Positions 1 to 10,808 of a stretch of 63,171 nucleotides of DNA are shown here, piece by piece. A program made the translations under genes and the position numbers. Source of the DNA: Acidimicrobiia bacterium (GTDB taxonomy: Bacteria; Actinomycetota; Acidimicrobiia; Spongiisociales; UBA5794); NCBI GenBank assembly GCA_030599515.1, contig JAUVNV010000001.1, forward strand, positions 1 to 63,171, read 5' to 3'. Under the pieces are notes generated by a model, which saw only the letters and a program-made list of their open reading frames with translations, did no database searches and was not told the DNA's origin. Numbering within the stretch: the first letter of the stretch is position 1; each line of letters starts with the position of its first letter.

Positions 1-4
1 CCAC

Positions 5-76
5 TGGGGGGTGGTGTAACAGGTAGCACAGGTGGTTTTGGTCCACCCAGTACGGGTTCGAGCCCTGTCCCCCCAG
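5..76 (+). tRNA. tRNA-Gln (anticodon TTG)
   Basis: Cloverleaf folded by eye. Acceptor TGGGGGG/CCCCCCA, D stem GTGT/GCAC, anticodon stem GGTGG/CCACC with loop TTTTGGT, T arm ACGGG-TTCGAGC-CCTGT. CCA is not encoded. Confidence 0.9.
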
Positions 77-96
77 CTACGTCCGATGGAGGTCCA

Positions 97-1476
97 ATGA
101 ATCTCGCTGTGATCGTGCTCGCCGCAGGGAAGGGCACGCGGATGAAGTCGGAACTGCCCAAGGTGCTCCACCGCGCCGCCGGTCGGAGTCTCCTCGCATG
201 GGTACTGGCCGCCGCTGAGCCACTCGACGCGGACGAGACGGTCGCTGTGATCGGCCACGGAGCCGATGCGGTCATCGAGGCGCTGCCATCTACAACCGTG
301 AGCGTTGTCCAGGAACCTCAACTCGGCACGGGCGATGCAGTGCGCGTCGGACTCAACGGCTGCGGCGATGCCGTGAACACGATCCTCGTCGTTCCTGGCG
401 ACATGCCGTTGCTCGAAGCCGACACGCTCGCATCGGTCGTCGAAACCCACCGAACCCAACGAGCGGCCGCCACGGTTCTCACCGTGAAGATGGACGACCC
501 GACCGGCTACGGACGGATCGAACGCCGTGGCGACCAGGTCATCGGAATCGTTGAACACCGTGACGCCGACGCTCGACAGCGCGGCATCGACGAGGTGAAC
601 ACCTCCGTGTACGCGTTCGACGCCGAACTCCTCACGGATGCGCTCGACCGGCTCGGTCGGGACAACAGCCAGGGCGAGTACTACCTCACCGACGTGATCG
701 CGATCCTCAACGCAGATGGACATCGAGTTGTCGGCGTGGTCACCGACACGGTTGAAGGAACCGGTGTCAACTCGCACGCCCAACTCGCGGGTGTATCGGA
801 GGTCCTAAGACAGCGCATCAACGACCGGCTCATGGCCGATGGTGTCGCAATGATCGATCCTTCTCGCGTCTACATCGACGCCGGGGTCGCGGTCGATCCC
901 GGTGCGACGATCTACCCGGACGTCTACCTCGAGGGGGACACGACGGTCGGCGCCGGAGCCGCTGTTGGACCGAACGTCCATGCCAGAGGGACGTCGATCG
1001 CTCCCGGCGCGACCGTGCGCTTCTCAGTGCTCGACGGGGCCGTCGTCGGACCGAAGGCGACGGTTGGGCCATTCACCTACCTGAGGCCGGGTGCCGACCT
1101 CAGGGAAGGATCGAAAGCCGGTGCGTTCGTCGAGATCAAGAATTCGCAGGTTGGGGTCGGATCCAAGGTCCCGCATCTCAGCTACATCGGGGATACGACG
1201 ATCGGCGAAGCCTCCAATATCGGGGCAGCCACCGTGACCGTAAACTACGACGGTTTCGAGAAGCACAAGACCAAGATCGGAGATCGCGTGAAGATTGGCT
1301 CAGACACGATGCTCGTCGCGCCGGTGACCATCGGAGACGACGCGTACACGGGTGCCGGGTCCGTCATCACTCACGACGTCTCTCCCGGGGCGCTTGCCAT
1401 CGAGCGTTCGCCTCAGCGAGAGATCCCTGGCTACGCTGAGACTAGGAAGCGTCGGGCGTCTCGGGACGGGAAGTGA
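97..1476 (+). CDS. glmU: Bifunctional UDP-N-acetylglucosamine pyrophosphorylase / glucosamine-1-phosphate N-acetyltransferase
   Basis: 459 aa. N-terminal nucleotidyltransferase motif LAAGKGTRMKS. C-terminal hexapeptide-repeat (left-handed beta-helix) region. Sits upstream of prs with a GTGA overlap. Confidence 0.93.
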   Translation: MNLAVIVLAAGKGTRMKSELPKVLHRAAGRSLLAWVLAAAEPLDADETVAVIGHGADAVIEALPSTTVSVVQEPQLGTGDAVRVGLNGCGDAVNTILVVPGDMPLLEADTLASVVETHRTQRAAATVLTVKMDDPTGYGRIERRGDQVIGIVEHRDADARQRGIDEVNTSVYAFDAELLTDALDRLGRDNSQGEYYLTDVIAILNADGHRVVGVVTDTVEGTGVNSHAQLAGVSEVLRQRINDRLMADGVAMIDPSRVYIDAGVAVDPGATIYPDVYLEGDTTVGAGAAVGPNVHARGTSIAPGATVRFSVLDGAVVGPKATVGPFTYLRPGADLREGSKAGAFVEIKNSQVGVGSKVPHLSYIGDTTIGEASNIGAATVTVNYDGFEKHKTKIGDRVKIGSDTMLVAPVTIGDDAYTGAGSVITHDVSPGALAIERSPQREIPGYAETRKRRASRDGK

Positions 1477-2447
1477 TGGAGCTTCGGAGCCAAAAGCGGT
1501 TGATGGTGTTCTCGGGTTCAGCGAACGAACCCCTTGCCGAGGAGGTGGCGAACATCCTCGGTGTCGAACTCGGGGGTGTGGAACGGTCGGTCTTCGCCAA
1601 CGGCGAGATCTACATCCACTACACCGAGAGCGTTCGCGGCGCGGACGCCTTCGTGATCCAAAGCCACACGCGACCGATCAACTTCAACATCATGGAGCAG
1701 TTGATCATGATCGACGCTCTCAAGCGGGCGTCGACGAAGCGAATCACGGCGGTCGTGCCCTTTTACGGCTATGCCAGACAGGACAAGAAGGGGCGGCCTC
1801 GCGAGCCGATCTCAGCCCGCATGATGGGTGATCTGTTCGTGTCCGCCGGTGCCGATCGCATCGTGAGCCTCGACCTCCACACGGGTCAGATCCAGGGTTT
1901 CGTCGACAAGCCGTTCGACCACCTCACGGCTCTTCAGCTCTTCGCCAACTACCTGTCGAAGACCACAGAAGGCCCCACGACGATGGTCTCGCCGGATTCG
2001 GGCAGGGTCAAACTGGCTTCACGGCACGCAGCGCACCTGGGTGCGAGGGTCGCCTTCGTTCACAAGCGCCGAGCCGCCGACGTGCGGAACGAGGCTTCGA
2101 CACTGTGGGTTGTCGGTGACGTGAGGGATCGACACTGCATCATCGTCGACGACATGATCGACACGGCCGGAACGGTGGTCGGAGCCGCCGACTTGCTCAA
2201 GCGACGCGGGGCTCTATCGGTCAGGGTCGTTGCGACCCATGGGGTTCTGTCCCCTCCGGCAGTTCAGCGAATCAAGGACGCCCCGGTCGATGAACTCGTC
2301 ATCACGAACTCGCTCCCCGTTCCCCCCGACGCCCTCGCTCTCGACAAGATCACCGTGCTCTCCGTCGGGCCGATCCTCGCGGGAGCGGTCAATGCGATCT
2401 TCGCGGACGCCTCGGTGAGTGAGATATTCCAGGGCGAGAACGTCTGA
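1473..2447 (+). CDS. prs: Ribose-phosphate pyrophosphokinase (PRPP synthetase)
   Basis: 324 aa. Contains DLHTGQIQGF and the PRPP-binding loop IIVDDMIDTAGT. The start may be GTG 1473 or ATG 1476. Confidence 0.93.
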   Translation: MMELRSQKRLMVFSGSANEPLAEEVANILGVELGGVERSVFANGEIYIHYTESVRGADAFVIQSHTRPINFNIMEQLIMIDALKRASTKRITAVVPFYGYARQDKKGRPREPISARMMGDLFVSAGADRIVSLDLHTGQIQGFVDKPFDHLTALQLFANYLSKTTEGPTTMVSPDSGRVKLASRHAAHLGARVAFVHKRRAADVRNEASTLWVVGDVRDRHCIIVDDMIDTAGTVVGAADLLKRRGALSVRVVATHGVLSPPAVQRIKDAPVDELVITNSLPVPPDALALDKITVLSVGPILAGAVNAIFADASVSEIFQGENV

Positions 2448-2456
2448 CGGGGACCC

Positions 2457-2870
2457 GTGGACACTGAGATCCTCTCGATCGAGACCGGATACCGGAGAGG
2501 CGTCTTCGATCTCACATCTGATGCAGCTCGATTCGTTGCAGGCAAGGGTTACGGCCTGCTCAACGTCTTCGTTCCACACGCAACCGCCGGTGTCGCGGTG
2601 ATCGAGACGGGGGCAGGGAGCGATGACGACCTGATGGATGCGATCGACGCGATGCTGCCGAGGGACGACCGTCGCTATCGTCACCGCCACGGATCTCCCG
2701 GACACGGAGCCGACCACGTCATGCCGGGATTCGTTGCCCCATCGACGATCGTACCGGTGACCGATGGTCGCCTCGCTCTGGGAACGTGGCAATCCATCGT
2801 CCTGGTAGACCCGAACGAAGACAACCCCGTCCGAAAGGTTCGTCTGAGCTTCCTGAGCAGTAGAAAGTAG
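2457..2870 (+). CDS. YjbQ/UPF0047 family protein (secondary thiamine-phosphate synthase-like)
   Basis: 137 aa with YjbQ-like length and a conserved His-rich core (RHRHGSPGHGADHV). The last residues SSRK and the TAG stop are encoded by the GTAGAAA repeat. Confidence 0.7.
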   Translation: MDTEILSIETGYRRGVFDLTSDAARFVAGKGYGLLNVFVPHATAGVAVIETGAGSDDDLMDAIDAMLPRDDRRYRHRHGSPGHGADHVMPGFVAPSTIVPVTDGRLALGTWQSIVLVDPNEDNPVRKVRLSFLSSRK

Positions 2871-2922
2871 AAAGTAGAAAGACCCCGGCAACGCTCGCGG
2901 GTCTTGTCTTTCTACTTTCTAC
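2860..2922. repeat. Heptad tract A. (GTAGAAA)x3 is paired with an inverted (CTTTCTA)x2 to form a long imperfect hairpin.
   Basis: GTAGAAA units lie at 2860-2880 and CTTTCTA units at 2908-2921. The inner stem is GACCC/GGGTC with a 5-nt bulge. The tract lies between yjbQ-like and rplY and is terminator-like. Confidence 0.8.
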
Positions 2923-3000
2923 CGACTCCCTCATGTGCTTTGTCCGTATCGTCCCCCTACACTCTGGGAACCCCCAAACGTTCTCCGAGGAGCCCTCATC

Positions 3001-3675
3001 ATGCAGCAAGAGACCTTGCGCGCTCTCAAGCGCACCGGATTCGGAAGCCGACCCGCACGCCGCATGCGTCGCGACGGCCAGATTCCAGCCGTCGTCTACG
3101 GCAAGGGACTCGACACACAACAGGTCGCCGTCCAGAGTCGCGCTCTGCACGCCGTCCTGCACACCGATGCCGGGATGAACGCACTCATCAACGTCGAGAT
3201 CGACGGAGGCAGCGACATTCTCACTGTTGCTCGAGAGATTCAGCGCGACCCGGTTCGGGGAGATATCACCCACCTCGACTTCATCATGGTCTCGCTCGAC
3301 GTGGAGATCGAGGCCGAAGTCGGCATCGAGTACGTCGGCACACCGATCGGCATCAAGGAGGAAGGCGGGTTCGTCGAGACGATGGAGACCTCGGTCACGA
3401 TCATGGCGCTCCCAGCGGCCATTCCTTCATCGATCACCTTCGACATCTCCGAACTCGGCATAGGCGACATCGTCAAGGTCTCGGACCTTCCGGAGATCGA
3501 GGGTGTGACGTACTCCACGGATGAGGACCGGCCGCTGTTGACCGTGCTGCTGCCCGCCATCGTTGAAGAAGAGGAGGTCCCGGAGGATCTGCTCGAGGGC
3601 GAAGAGGGCGAAGAAGTCGAAGAGGGCGAAGAAGTCGAAGAGGACGCAGCCAAAGCCGATACCGACAAAGGCTGA
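3001..3675 (+). CDS. rplY: 50S ribosomal protein L25 / general stress protein Ctc
   Basis: N-terminus carries RRMRRDGQIPAVVYGKG and the C-terminal tail is acidic and E-rich. GAGGAG lies 8 nt upstream of ATG 3001. The track ORF from 2935 is an over-extension. Confidence 0.88.
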   Translation: MQQETLRALKRTGFGSRPARRMRRDGQIPAVVYGKGLDTQQVAVQSRALHAVLHTDAGMNALINVEIDGGSDILTVAREIQRDPVRGDITHLDFIMVSLDVEIEAEVGIEYVGTPIGIKEEGGFVETMETSVTIMALPAAIPSSITFDISELGIGDIVKVSDLPEIEGVTYSTDEDRPLLTVLLPAIVEEEEVPEDLLEGEEGEEVEEGEEVEEDAAKADTDKG

Positions 3676-3684
3676 CCGGGTCGC

Positions 3685-4260
3685 GTGACGACGAGACTCA
3701 TCGTCGGCCTGAGGAACCCCGGTTCCCGCTACGACGGTACCCGCCACAACGTTGGCGCCGAGGTCGTCATCGCCGCTGCGCCGAACGCCAAGTTCAAGCG
3801 TGCTCGGTTGGGAATCCGGGCCGACATCGCGGAGATCCGTTTCGACGATGTTCGGACCGTTCTCGCGTTGCCGCGCACCTTCATGAACGAGTGCGGTCAA
3901 GCCGTCGCTCCGCTGGTCCGCTACGAGCGAATCGACGGGGATCGACTGCTGGTCGTCCACGATGACATCGATCTCCCATTCGGGAAGCTTCGGGTTCAGC
4001 TCGGAGGTGGTGCAGGCGGGCACAACGGCATCCGATCTCTGGTCGGTTCTCTCGACACGAAGGAATTCTGGCGACTGAAGATCGGCGTCGGCCGTCCTCC
4101 CGATCGTGTCGACCCCGCCGATTACGTGCTCGGTCGATTCGCTAAGGTCGAACGGTCCGCCATCGACGACGCCATCGCTCGGGGCGTCGGCGTCCTCGAG
4201 ACATTCGCACGAGACGGTGGTGACGCCGCCAGGCAGAGCGCTGGAGAGATGAACGACTGA
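3685..4260 (+). CDS. pth: Peptidyl-tRNA hydrolase
   Basis: 191 aa with the signature [20 protein letters not shown]. Conserved position after rplY. Confidence 0.92.
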   Translation: MTTRLIVGLRNPGSRYDGTRHNVGAEVVIAAAPNAKFKRARLGIRADIAEIRFDDVRTVLALPRTFMNECGQAVAPLVRYERIDGDRLLVVHDDIDLPFGKLRVQLGGGAGGHNGIRSLVGSLDTKEFWRLKIGVGRPPDRVDPADYVLGRFAKVERSAIDDAIARGVGVLETFARDGGDAARQSAGEMND

Positions 4261-4268
4261 GAGGTGCG

Positions 4269-5753
4269 GTGATGGGTTCCTATGTTGCAGCGATCGACCA
4301 GGGAACGACCAGTTCACGGTGCGCTCTGATCGACCATCACGGGGCGATCGTTGCGATGGCGCAGCGGGAACACCGACAGATCTACCCCCAGCCCGGTTGG
4401 GTGGAGCACGACCCGGTAGAGATCCGATCGAACGTCACCGACGTCATCGGCGAGGCGCTTGACCAGATCGACGCCTCGCCTGCGGACATCTCAGCGGTCG
4501 GTGTTACGAACCAGCGCGAGACGACCCTGCTCTGGTCACGCAAGACCGGCGAACCCTTCGGCAATGCCGTGGTCTGGCAGGATGTCAGGACCGCCGAGCT
4601 CTGCCGGGAGCTGGGCGGCGACGCAGGCGCCGACCGATTCCGTGACCAGACGGGTCTTCCACTCGCTACCTACTTCGCAGGACCGAAGATCAGGTGGCTC
4701 CTCGATCACGACGCCGAACTCCGGGCGCGAGCCAACGACGGAGATCTGGCTTTCGGGACGATGGACACGTGGGTGGCGTGGAATCTGACGGGTGAACACG
4801 TGACGGACGTCACGAACGCCAGCCGCACCCTGCTCATGGATCTCGAGACGCTTTCGTGGGATGACACCCTGCTCGACGCGGTCGGCGTGCCGCGATCATT
4901 GCTTCCCCTCATCGTCCCATCGTCCGGTGTGATAGCACCCTCACGAGATCCGCTGAGCGACGTTCTGTTCGCCGGGATCCTCGGCGATCAGCAGGCCGCA
5001 CTGTTCGGACAGGCATGTTTCGACCCGGGCACCGCCAAGAACACCTACGGCACCGGGTGTTTCCTGCTCCTGAATACCGGCGAGCAGGCGGTTCGATCGG
5101 AGAACGGGATGATCACCACGGTCGCATACCAGCGGACGGGGGAGCCGGCACACTACGCCTTGGAAGGATCGATCGCAATCGCCGGCGCAGGAGTGCAGTG
5201 GCTGCGTGACAACCTTCGGATGATCGATTCGGCTGAGGAGATCACGGATCTTGCTCTCGAGGTCGAGGACAACGGTGGTGTCTACTTCGTCCCTGCGTTC
5301 TCCGGTCTGTTCGCTCCGTGGTGGCGCGACGACGCCCGCGGTGTCATCACCGGTCTCACACGGTTCGCGAATCGCAGCCACCTGGCACGAGCCGTTCTCG
5401 AGTCGACTGCTTTCCAGAGCCGGGATGTGCTCGAGGCCATGGAAGCCGACAGTGGCGTCGCTCTCTCCAGATTGAAAGTCGACGGGGGGATGGTCGTGAA
5501 CGACCTCCTCATGCAGTTCCAAGCCGACATGCTCGACGTCGACGTCGTTCGACCGAAGATCAACGAGACGACCGTGCTCGGCGCGGCGTACGCCGCCGGT
5601 CTCGCCGTCGGCTTCTGGGAAAGCCTCGATGAGATCGCCTCTCACTGGGAAGAGGATCGAACGTTCACTCCCGAGATGGATCCGGCTGATCGAGAGCTGA
5701 GGTATCGGGAGTGGCGCAAGGCAGTCGATCGGTCGATGGGGTGGGTCGAGTAG
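4269..5753 (+). CDS. glpK: Glycerol kinase
   Basis: 494 aa. FGGY-family motifs [16 protein letters not shown] and [10 protein letters not shown]. Confidence 0.93.
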   Translation: MMGSYVAAIDQGTTSSRCALIDHHGAIVAMAQREHRQIYPQPGWVEHDPVEIRSNVTDVIGEALDQIDASPADISAVGVTNQRETTLLWSRKTGEPFGNAVVWQDVRTAELCRELGGDAGADRFRDQTGLPLATYFAGPKIRWLLDHDAELRARANDGDLAFGTMDTWVAWNLTGEHVTDVTNASRTLLMDLETLSWDDTLLDAVGVPRSLLPLIVPSSGVIAPSRDPLSDVLFAGILGDQQAALFGQACFDPGTAKNTYGTGCFLLLNTGEQAVRSENGMITTVAYQRTGEPAHYALEGSIAIAGAGVQWLRDNLRMIDSAEEITDLALEVEDNGGVYFVPAFSGLFAPWWRDDARGVITGLTRFANRSHLARAVLESTAFQSRDVLEAMEADSGVALSRLKVDGGMVVNDLLMQFQADMLDVDVVRPKINETTVLGAAYAAGLAVGFWESLDEIASHWEEDRTFTPEMDPADRELRYREWRKAVDRSMGWVE

Positions 5754-5786
5754 TCGGACCGCCGGAACGCTTACTATCTGACACGC

Positions 5787-6347
5787 ATGTCGATTCCGAA
5801 CCTTCTTGCCATCTCGCGACTGATCCTCACCCCGGTCGCTATGGCGCTCATCCTTGTCGCTCCAGACGATCAGGGCATGCGGCTCCTTGCGACGGTCGTG
5901 TTCGTGATCGCGGCGCTCACCGACTTCGCCGACGGGTATCTGGCACGACGCTGGCAGCTCACAAGCACGCTCGGTGCGTTTCTCGACACCGTCGCGGACA
6001 AGATCCTCGTGGCAGGGGCCTTGCTGGCGCTCGTCGAAATAGGAACAGTCTCCACATGGGTCGCGTTCATCATCATCGGGCGCGAGATCGCCATCATGGG
6101 GCTCAGAAGCGTCGCTGCACTCGACCAGGGGACCGTCCCACCAAGCATGTGGGGCAAGTCGAAGGCGGCCCTCCAGTTCACTGCGATCTCTTTCGCGATC
6201 CTCCGCCTGGACATCTCGGTCGGACCGTGGAGAATCGACGAGTGGCTGATGGCGGCCGCCGTTGTTTCAACCGTCATCTCGGCCGGCGACTACTTCGCAA
6301 AGTTCCGATCCGTATTCACTACCCAGAGGGGGAGGGGCCAGCAGTGA
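5787..6347 (+). CDS. pgsA: CDP-diacylglycerol--glycerol-3-phosphate 3-phosphatidyltransferase
   Basis: 186 aa membrane protein. CDP-alcohol phosphotransferase motif DFADGYLARRWQLTSTLGAFLDTVADK. Confidence 0.85.
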   Translation: MSIPNLLAISRLILTPVAMALILVAPDDQGMRLLATVVFVIAALTDFADGYLARRWQLTSTLGAFLDTVADKILVAGALLALVEIGTVSTWVAFIIIGREIAIMGLRSVAALDQGTVPPSMWGKSKAALQFTAISFAILRLDISVGPWRIDEWLMAAAVVSTVISAGDYFAKFRSVFTTQRGRGQQ

Positions 6348-6386
6348 GGGTCGGCCGTAGGCCACGACCCGCAACGTGCTGTTCAA

Positions 6387-6421
6387 GTACTCAGTACTCA
6401 GTACCCGGTACTCAGTACCGA
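6387..6421. repeat. Heptad tract B: GTACTCA GTACTCA GTACCCG GTACTCA GTACCGA
   Basis: Five contiguous 7-nt units read directly from the sequence. The tract lies between pgsA and the epimerase gene. The track ORF starting at 6376 reads through it (YSVLSTRYSV), which I treat as spurious. Confidence 0.85.
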
Positions 6422-6447
6422 CCAGCGGTCTCAGGTCGCCGAACCCG

Positions 6448-7425
6448 ATGACCTCCTTTGTCACCGGGGGGTCGGGGTTCGTCGGGGGAGCGGTCATCCG
6501 ACATCTTGTTGGCTCGGGGATCGATGTTCGCGGACTGGCCCGCTCGGATGTGGCAGCCACCACCGTAACCGGAAATGGTGGCACGCCGGTTCGGGGTGAC
6601 CTGTCCAACGAGGAAGCACTCCACACGGGCATGTCCGGGTGCGACGTCGTCTATCACGTGGCCGGTGTCAACACGATGTGCCCGGGCGATCCTGGACCGA
6701 TGTACCGGGTCAACGTCGATCTCGTGCGGGCAGTTGTCCGAGCCGCGGCCGACACCGGTGTTCGGAGAGTCGTTCTGACGTCATCCGCTGCGGCGATCGG
6801 AGAACCGGCGGGTGTGGTCGCCGATGAAAAGACCCCTCACACCGGTCGATTCCTCTCGCACTACGCACGGTCGAAATACCTCGGTGAGCGAGCATTCTTC
6901 GATGAGGCGGAGGCGCAAAGCATCGAAGCGGTCGCGGTCAATCCGTCGTCCGTGCAGGGTCCCGGCCGGGCCGACGGGTCGGCGCTGCTGCTCCGTTATG
7001 CGCTGGGCATGCAGCGACCGATCGTGATCGATACGACGCTCTCGATCGTCGACATCCGCGATACTGCCCGGGCTCACCTTGCCGCTGCGATCCGCGGGAA
7101 ACAGGGAAGGCGGTATCTCGTCAGCGGAGCGTCGGTCGGGATCCGCGAAGCGGTGGCCATGCTCGGAGAGGCAGCATGTCGCGCCATCGATCCGGTCATC
7201 CTCCCACCGTGGGTCGGCGTGATCGCAGCTCCGATCGCGGCGGCCGCAGGATTGATCGGAAGAGACCGTCCGATCTGCACCGAGATGCTCCGAACCCTCC
7301 TCCACGGCCAGCGGTTCGACGCCTCGCTGTCAATCAGCGAACTGGGGATGGCATACACCCCGCTCGACGAGACGTTCAAACGGATCGTCGAATGGCTTGT
7401 CGATGAGGGTCTCACACAGCGCTGA
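6448..7425 (+). CDS. NAD-dependent epimerase/dehydratase family protein
   Basis: Rossmann motif VTGGSGFVGG immediately follows ATG 6448. YARSK (YxxxK) catalytic motif present. Confidence 0.8.
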   Translation: MTSFVTGGSGFVGGAVIRHLVGSGIDVRGLARSDVAATTVTGNGGTPVRGDLSNEEALHTGMSGCDVVYHVAGVNTMCPGDPGPMYRVNVDLVRAVVRAAADTGVRRVVLTSSAAAIGEPAGVVADEKTPHTGRFLSHYARSKYLGERAFFDEAEAQSIEAVAVNPSSVQGPGRADGSALLLRYALGMQRPIVIDTTLSIVDIRDTARAHLAAAIRGKQGRRYLVSGASVGIREAVAMLGEAACRAIDPVILPPWVGVIAAPIAAAAGLIGRDRPICTEMLRTLLHGQRFDASLSISELGMAYTPLDETFKRIVEWLVDEGLTQR

Positions 7426-7460
7426 CGGGTTGGCCCGATCGGTCGGTACGATGCCTTCTC

Positions 7461-10400
7461 GTGGGCGCACCCCTCATCTCCGTGCTCGAACGCTTCGGCC
7501 GTGGTCTCATCCCGCCAATTCCAGGCCGGTTCGTGGTACCCCCAGCGCTGCGTTCCGTCGTCCTCGCCGGCATCGCAAGTCGCACGGGACGTAAGGTCAT
7601 CGGAGTCGTGCCGGGGGAGCGCGAGGCAGAGGATCTCGCTGAAGACGTCGCCCTGTTCGCAACGGAGGTGCATCACCTTCCCGCCTGGGAGACCTTGCCG
7701 TTCGAGCATGTCTCCCCGAGCATCTCAACGATGGCGGACCGTATCGTTGCCCGCCACGCATTGGCGAGCGACGGGCAGGCGATCATCGTCGCGTCGGTGA
7801 GGGCCGTCACACAGCGACTCAGTCCCACGCCCGCCGAGCCGATCCATCTCGTGGCCGGCACGGACAGCCCGTTCGATGACCTCGTCCGCCGCCTGGCCGC
7901 TCTCGGATATCGACGGACAGATCGGGTCGAGAGCCGGGGAGAGTTCGCCGTACGGGGAGGCATCGTCGACGTCTTCTCACCCCAAGCGCCGCAGCCCGTT
8001 CGAATCGACTTCTGGGGAGATACCGTCGAAGAGATCCGGCCGTTTGTCGTATCAACACAACGGTCCGAAGGCACGGTCGACGGGGTCGACGTGTTCCCCA
8101 CCGGCGAGGTGCTCATCTCGGACGAGATGCGAGTTCGTGCCGCTCAACTCCTCGTGGAGGCGCCATGGGGGGCATCAACCTGGGAGCGCATCTCGGAAGG
8201 AATCCGGTTCCAGGGCATCGAGTCGTGGCTGCCCTGGCTTGCGTCGCCGAGGACGATCATCGACGAGACCGATGCGATCGTCGTGCTGTTCGATCCCGTC
8301 CGGGCGAAGGATCGATGCCGTGATCTGATCGGGGAGGAGACGGACCTCGCCGTTGCGCTCTCCGGCACGTGGGGCAAGAACGGACCGGCGCCGGCGGCGC
8401 ATCCACCCCTCTACCTCTCGCTCAGCCCCGGCCCCGATGTCGACGTTCTCGAGGCACCACCCGCACCGGCATCGCCGGGGGACGACGGCTACGAGATGCG
8501 GGGATTCGGCGCGACGGTCGGTGATCCTCAATCGGTCGCATCTTCGATCACGGAGTGGGCCGGTCGCGGGATCGACGTGATCATCGCCATGGACGGCGCC
8601 TCAGCCGCGGAGCGCGTGTCCGGACTCCTTGCGGAATCGGGAGCAGGACTCACCGTTGTCGATCAGTTGATCTCCATCGAGTCGTCCGTCCTGCCCACCG
8701 GCATTCACCTCGGTTTCGTCTTCCCATCCATGCGAGTCGCCGTCGTCGGGGAGAGGGAGATCGCCGGGCGCCGCCGTGCGCATCGGACTGCCCGCCGGGG
8801 AAGGGGCGATCGAGCCGACGAGGCCTATCGGGATCTGAACCCGGGTGATTTCGTTGTCCACCACCATCACGGACTCGGTCGGTTCGAGGGTCTCGTGCAT
8901 CGCGACATCGCGGGAGCAGCACGGGACTACTTGCTCGTCGAGTATGCCGCGGGAGACCGGTTGTACGTGCCCACTGATCAGCTGGCCGCGATTCGTCGCT
9001 ACACCGGCGGCGAAACTCCTCGACTGTCTCGATTGGGCGGGACCGACTGGTCGCAGACGCGCAAGCGGGTCCGCAGGGAGATAGCCGTCGTCGCTGAGGC
9101 CGTTGTCGAGCTCCACCGAACGAGGGCCGCGGCCGCCGGTCACGCCTTCGACCCGGACACACCCTGGCAGGGGGAGTTCGAGGCGGCGTTCCCATACGAG
9201 GAGACGCCCGATCAGCTGACGGCGATCGCCGATGTGAAACGGGACATGGAGCTCGACGCCCCGATGGATCGGCTCGTCTTCGGCGATGTTGGGTTCGGGA
9301 AGACCGAAGTCGCGCTGCGTGCGATGTTCAAGGCTGTTCAGGATGGGAAGCAGGCGGCCATTCTCGTCCCGACCACTCTGCTGGCCCAGCAGCACTTCGT
9401 GACGCTCGAGGAGCGTTTCGCTCCGTTCCCGATCCGGGTGGAGGTGTTGAGTCGGTTCCTCACACCGCCGCAGCAGCGCAAGGTCGTCGCAGGCATCGCC
9501 GACGGGTCGGTCGATGCTGTCGTCGGCACCCACCGATTGCTCTCGACCGACGTGGAGTTCAACGATCTAGGCCTCTTGGTCGTCGACGAGGAGCAACGTT
9601 TCGGTGTTTCTGCGAAAGACAAATTGAAGGCGCTGCGGGCCTCGGTCGACGTACTCACTCTCACTGCGACCCCGATCCCGAGAACGCTTGAGATGGCGCT
9701 CACCGGAATCCGGGAGGTCAGCAAGATCCGGACCGCTCCTGAGGATCGGCACCCGATCTTGACCTATGTCGGTCCCAACGACGAGCAGGCCGTGTCTGCC
9801 GCGATCCGACGGGAGATGCTCCGGGAAGGCCAGGTGTTCTACGTTCACAACCGGATTCAGTCGATCGACCATGCCGTCGCTCGGCTTCGCGATCTCGTCC
9901 CGGACGCCCGGTACGCCGTCGCTCACGGACGGATGAGCGAAGGCCAACTCGAGCAGGTCATGTACGACTTCTGGAACCGTGATTATGACGTCCTGGTAGC
10001 GACAACGATCATCGAGTCCGGTCTCGATCTTCCCCAGGTGAACACGCTGATCGTCGAGCGGGCCGACCGGCTCGGTCTGGCTCAGCTCTATCAGTTGCGC
10101 GGCAGGGTCGGGCGATCTAGCCAACGGGCATACGCCTACTTGTTCCACCCGCCGGAGGAGAGGATCGGGGAGAACGCCTATCGCCGCCTCGAGGCCATCG
10201 GCGAGTTCTCCGACCTCGGGTCGGGATTCGAGTTGGCAATGCGGGATCTCGAGATTCGCGGAGCAGGAAGCATCCTCTCCGAGACCCAGTCTGGCCAGAT
10301 CGCGGCCGTCGGATTCGACCTCTACACGGAGCTCGTTGCGGAGGCCGTTCAGGAGCTGAAGGGTGAGCCGATCGAACGAGAAGAGGAGCACGAGGTCAGA

Positions 10401-10808
10401 ATCGATCTGCCGCTCGACGCCCGGCTCACCGATGCGTACGTTCCCGATGCCGACGGGCGCCTCGAGGCGTATCGCCGTCTCGCCGCAGCCACGACTGAGG
10501 ACGACGTCGACGACGTGGTCGCAGAGTGGGAAGACCGTTTTGGGTCGCTGCCGGTTGAGGCCGAAGAGCTGATCTCCGTCGCCCGTCTCCGGGTAGAGGC
10601 TTTGCGCGTGGGCCTCGACGAGATCGTTCAGGTGCGCGCCGAAGTCCGGATTTCGAAAGTCGATCTACGACCGTCACAGGAGGTGCGTCTCGAGCGTCTC
10701 CAGCATCGTGCGGTCCTGCGCGGATCGACGCTGTTCATCCCGGCCCCGAAGAGCGACGTGGCGAAGGTGTTGCTCCAGTTCCTGCAGACGATGTGGCCGG
10801 CGGAGTAG
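7461..10808 (+). CDS. mfd: Transcription-repair coupling factor
   Basis: 1115 aa. SF2 helicase motifs GDVGFGKTEVA and VVDEEQRFG, a CarD-like domain and a TRCF C-terminal domain. The TAG stop lies in the first unit of tract C. Confidence 0.95.
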   Translation: MGAPLISVLERFGRGLIPPIPGRFVVPPALRSVVLAGIASRTGRKVIGVVPGEREAEDLAEDVALFATEVHHLPAWETLPFEHVSPSISTMADRIVARHALASDGQAIIVASVRAVTQRLSPTPAEPIHLVAGTDSPFDDLVRRLAALGYRRTDRVESRGEFAVRGGIVDVFSPQAPQPVRIDFWGDTVEEIRPFVVSTQRSEGTVDGVDVFPTGEVLISDEMRVRAAQLLVEAPWGASTWERISEGIRFQGIESWLPWLASPRTIIDETDAIVVLFDPVRAKDRCRDLIGEETDLAVALSGTWGKNGPAPAAHPPLYLSLSPGPDVDVLEAPPAPASPGDDGYEMRGFGATVGDPQSVASSITEWAGRGIDVIIAMDGASAAERVSGLLAESGAGLTVVDQLISIESSVLPTGIHLGFVFPSMRVAVVGEREIAGRRRAHRTARRGRGDRADEAYRDLNPGDFVVHHHHGLGRFEGLVHRDIAGAARDYLLVEYAAGDRLYVPTDQLAAIRRYTGGETPRLSRLGGTDWSQTRKRVRREIAVVAEAVVELHRTRAAAAGHAFDPDTPWQGEFEAAFPYEETPDQLTAIADVKRDMELDAPMDRLVFGDVGFGKTEVALRAMFKAVQDGKQAAILVPTTLLAQQHFVTLEERFAPFPIRVEVLSRFLTPPQQRKVVAGIADGSVDAVVGTHRLLSTDVEFNDLGLLVVDEEQRFGVSAKDKLKALRASVDVLTLTATPIPRTLEMALTGIREVSKIRTAPEDRHPILTYVGPNDEQAVSAAIRREMLREGQVFYVHNRIQSIDHAVARLRDLVPDARYAVAHGRMSEGQLEQVMYDFWNRDYDVLVATTIIESGLDLPQVNTLIVERADRLGLAQLYQLRGRVGRSSQRAYAYLFHPPEERIGENAYRRLEAIGEFSDLGSGFELAMRDLEIRGAGSILSETQSGQIAAVGFDLYTELVAEAVQELKGEPIEREEEHEVRIDLPLDARLTDAYVPDADGRLEAYRRLAAATTEDDVDDVVAEWEDRFGSLPVEAEELISVARLRVEALRVGLDEIVQVRAEVRISKVDLRPSQEVRLERLQHRAVLRGSTLFIPAPKSDVAKVLLQFLQTMWPAE

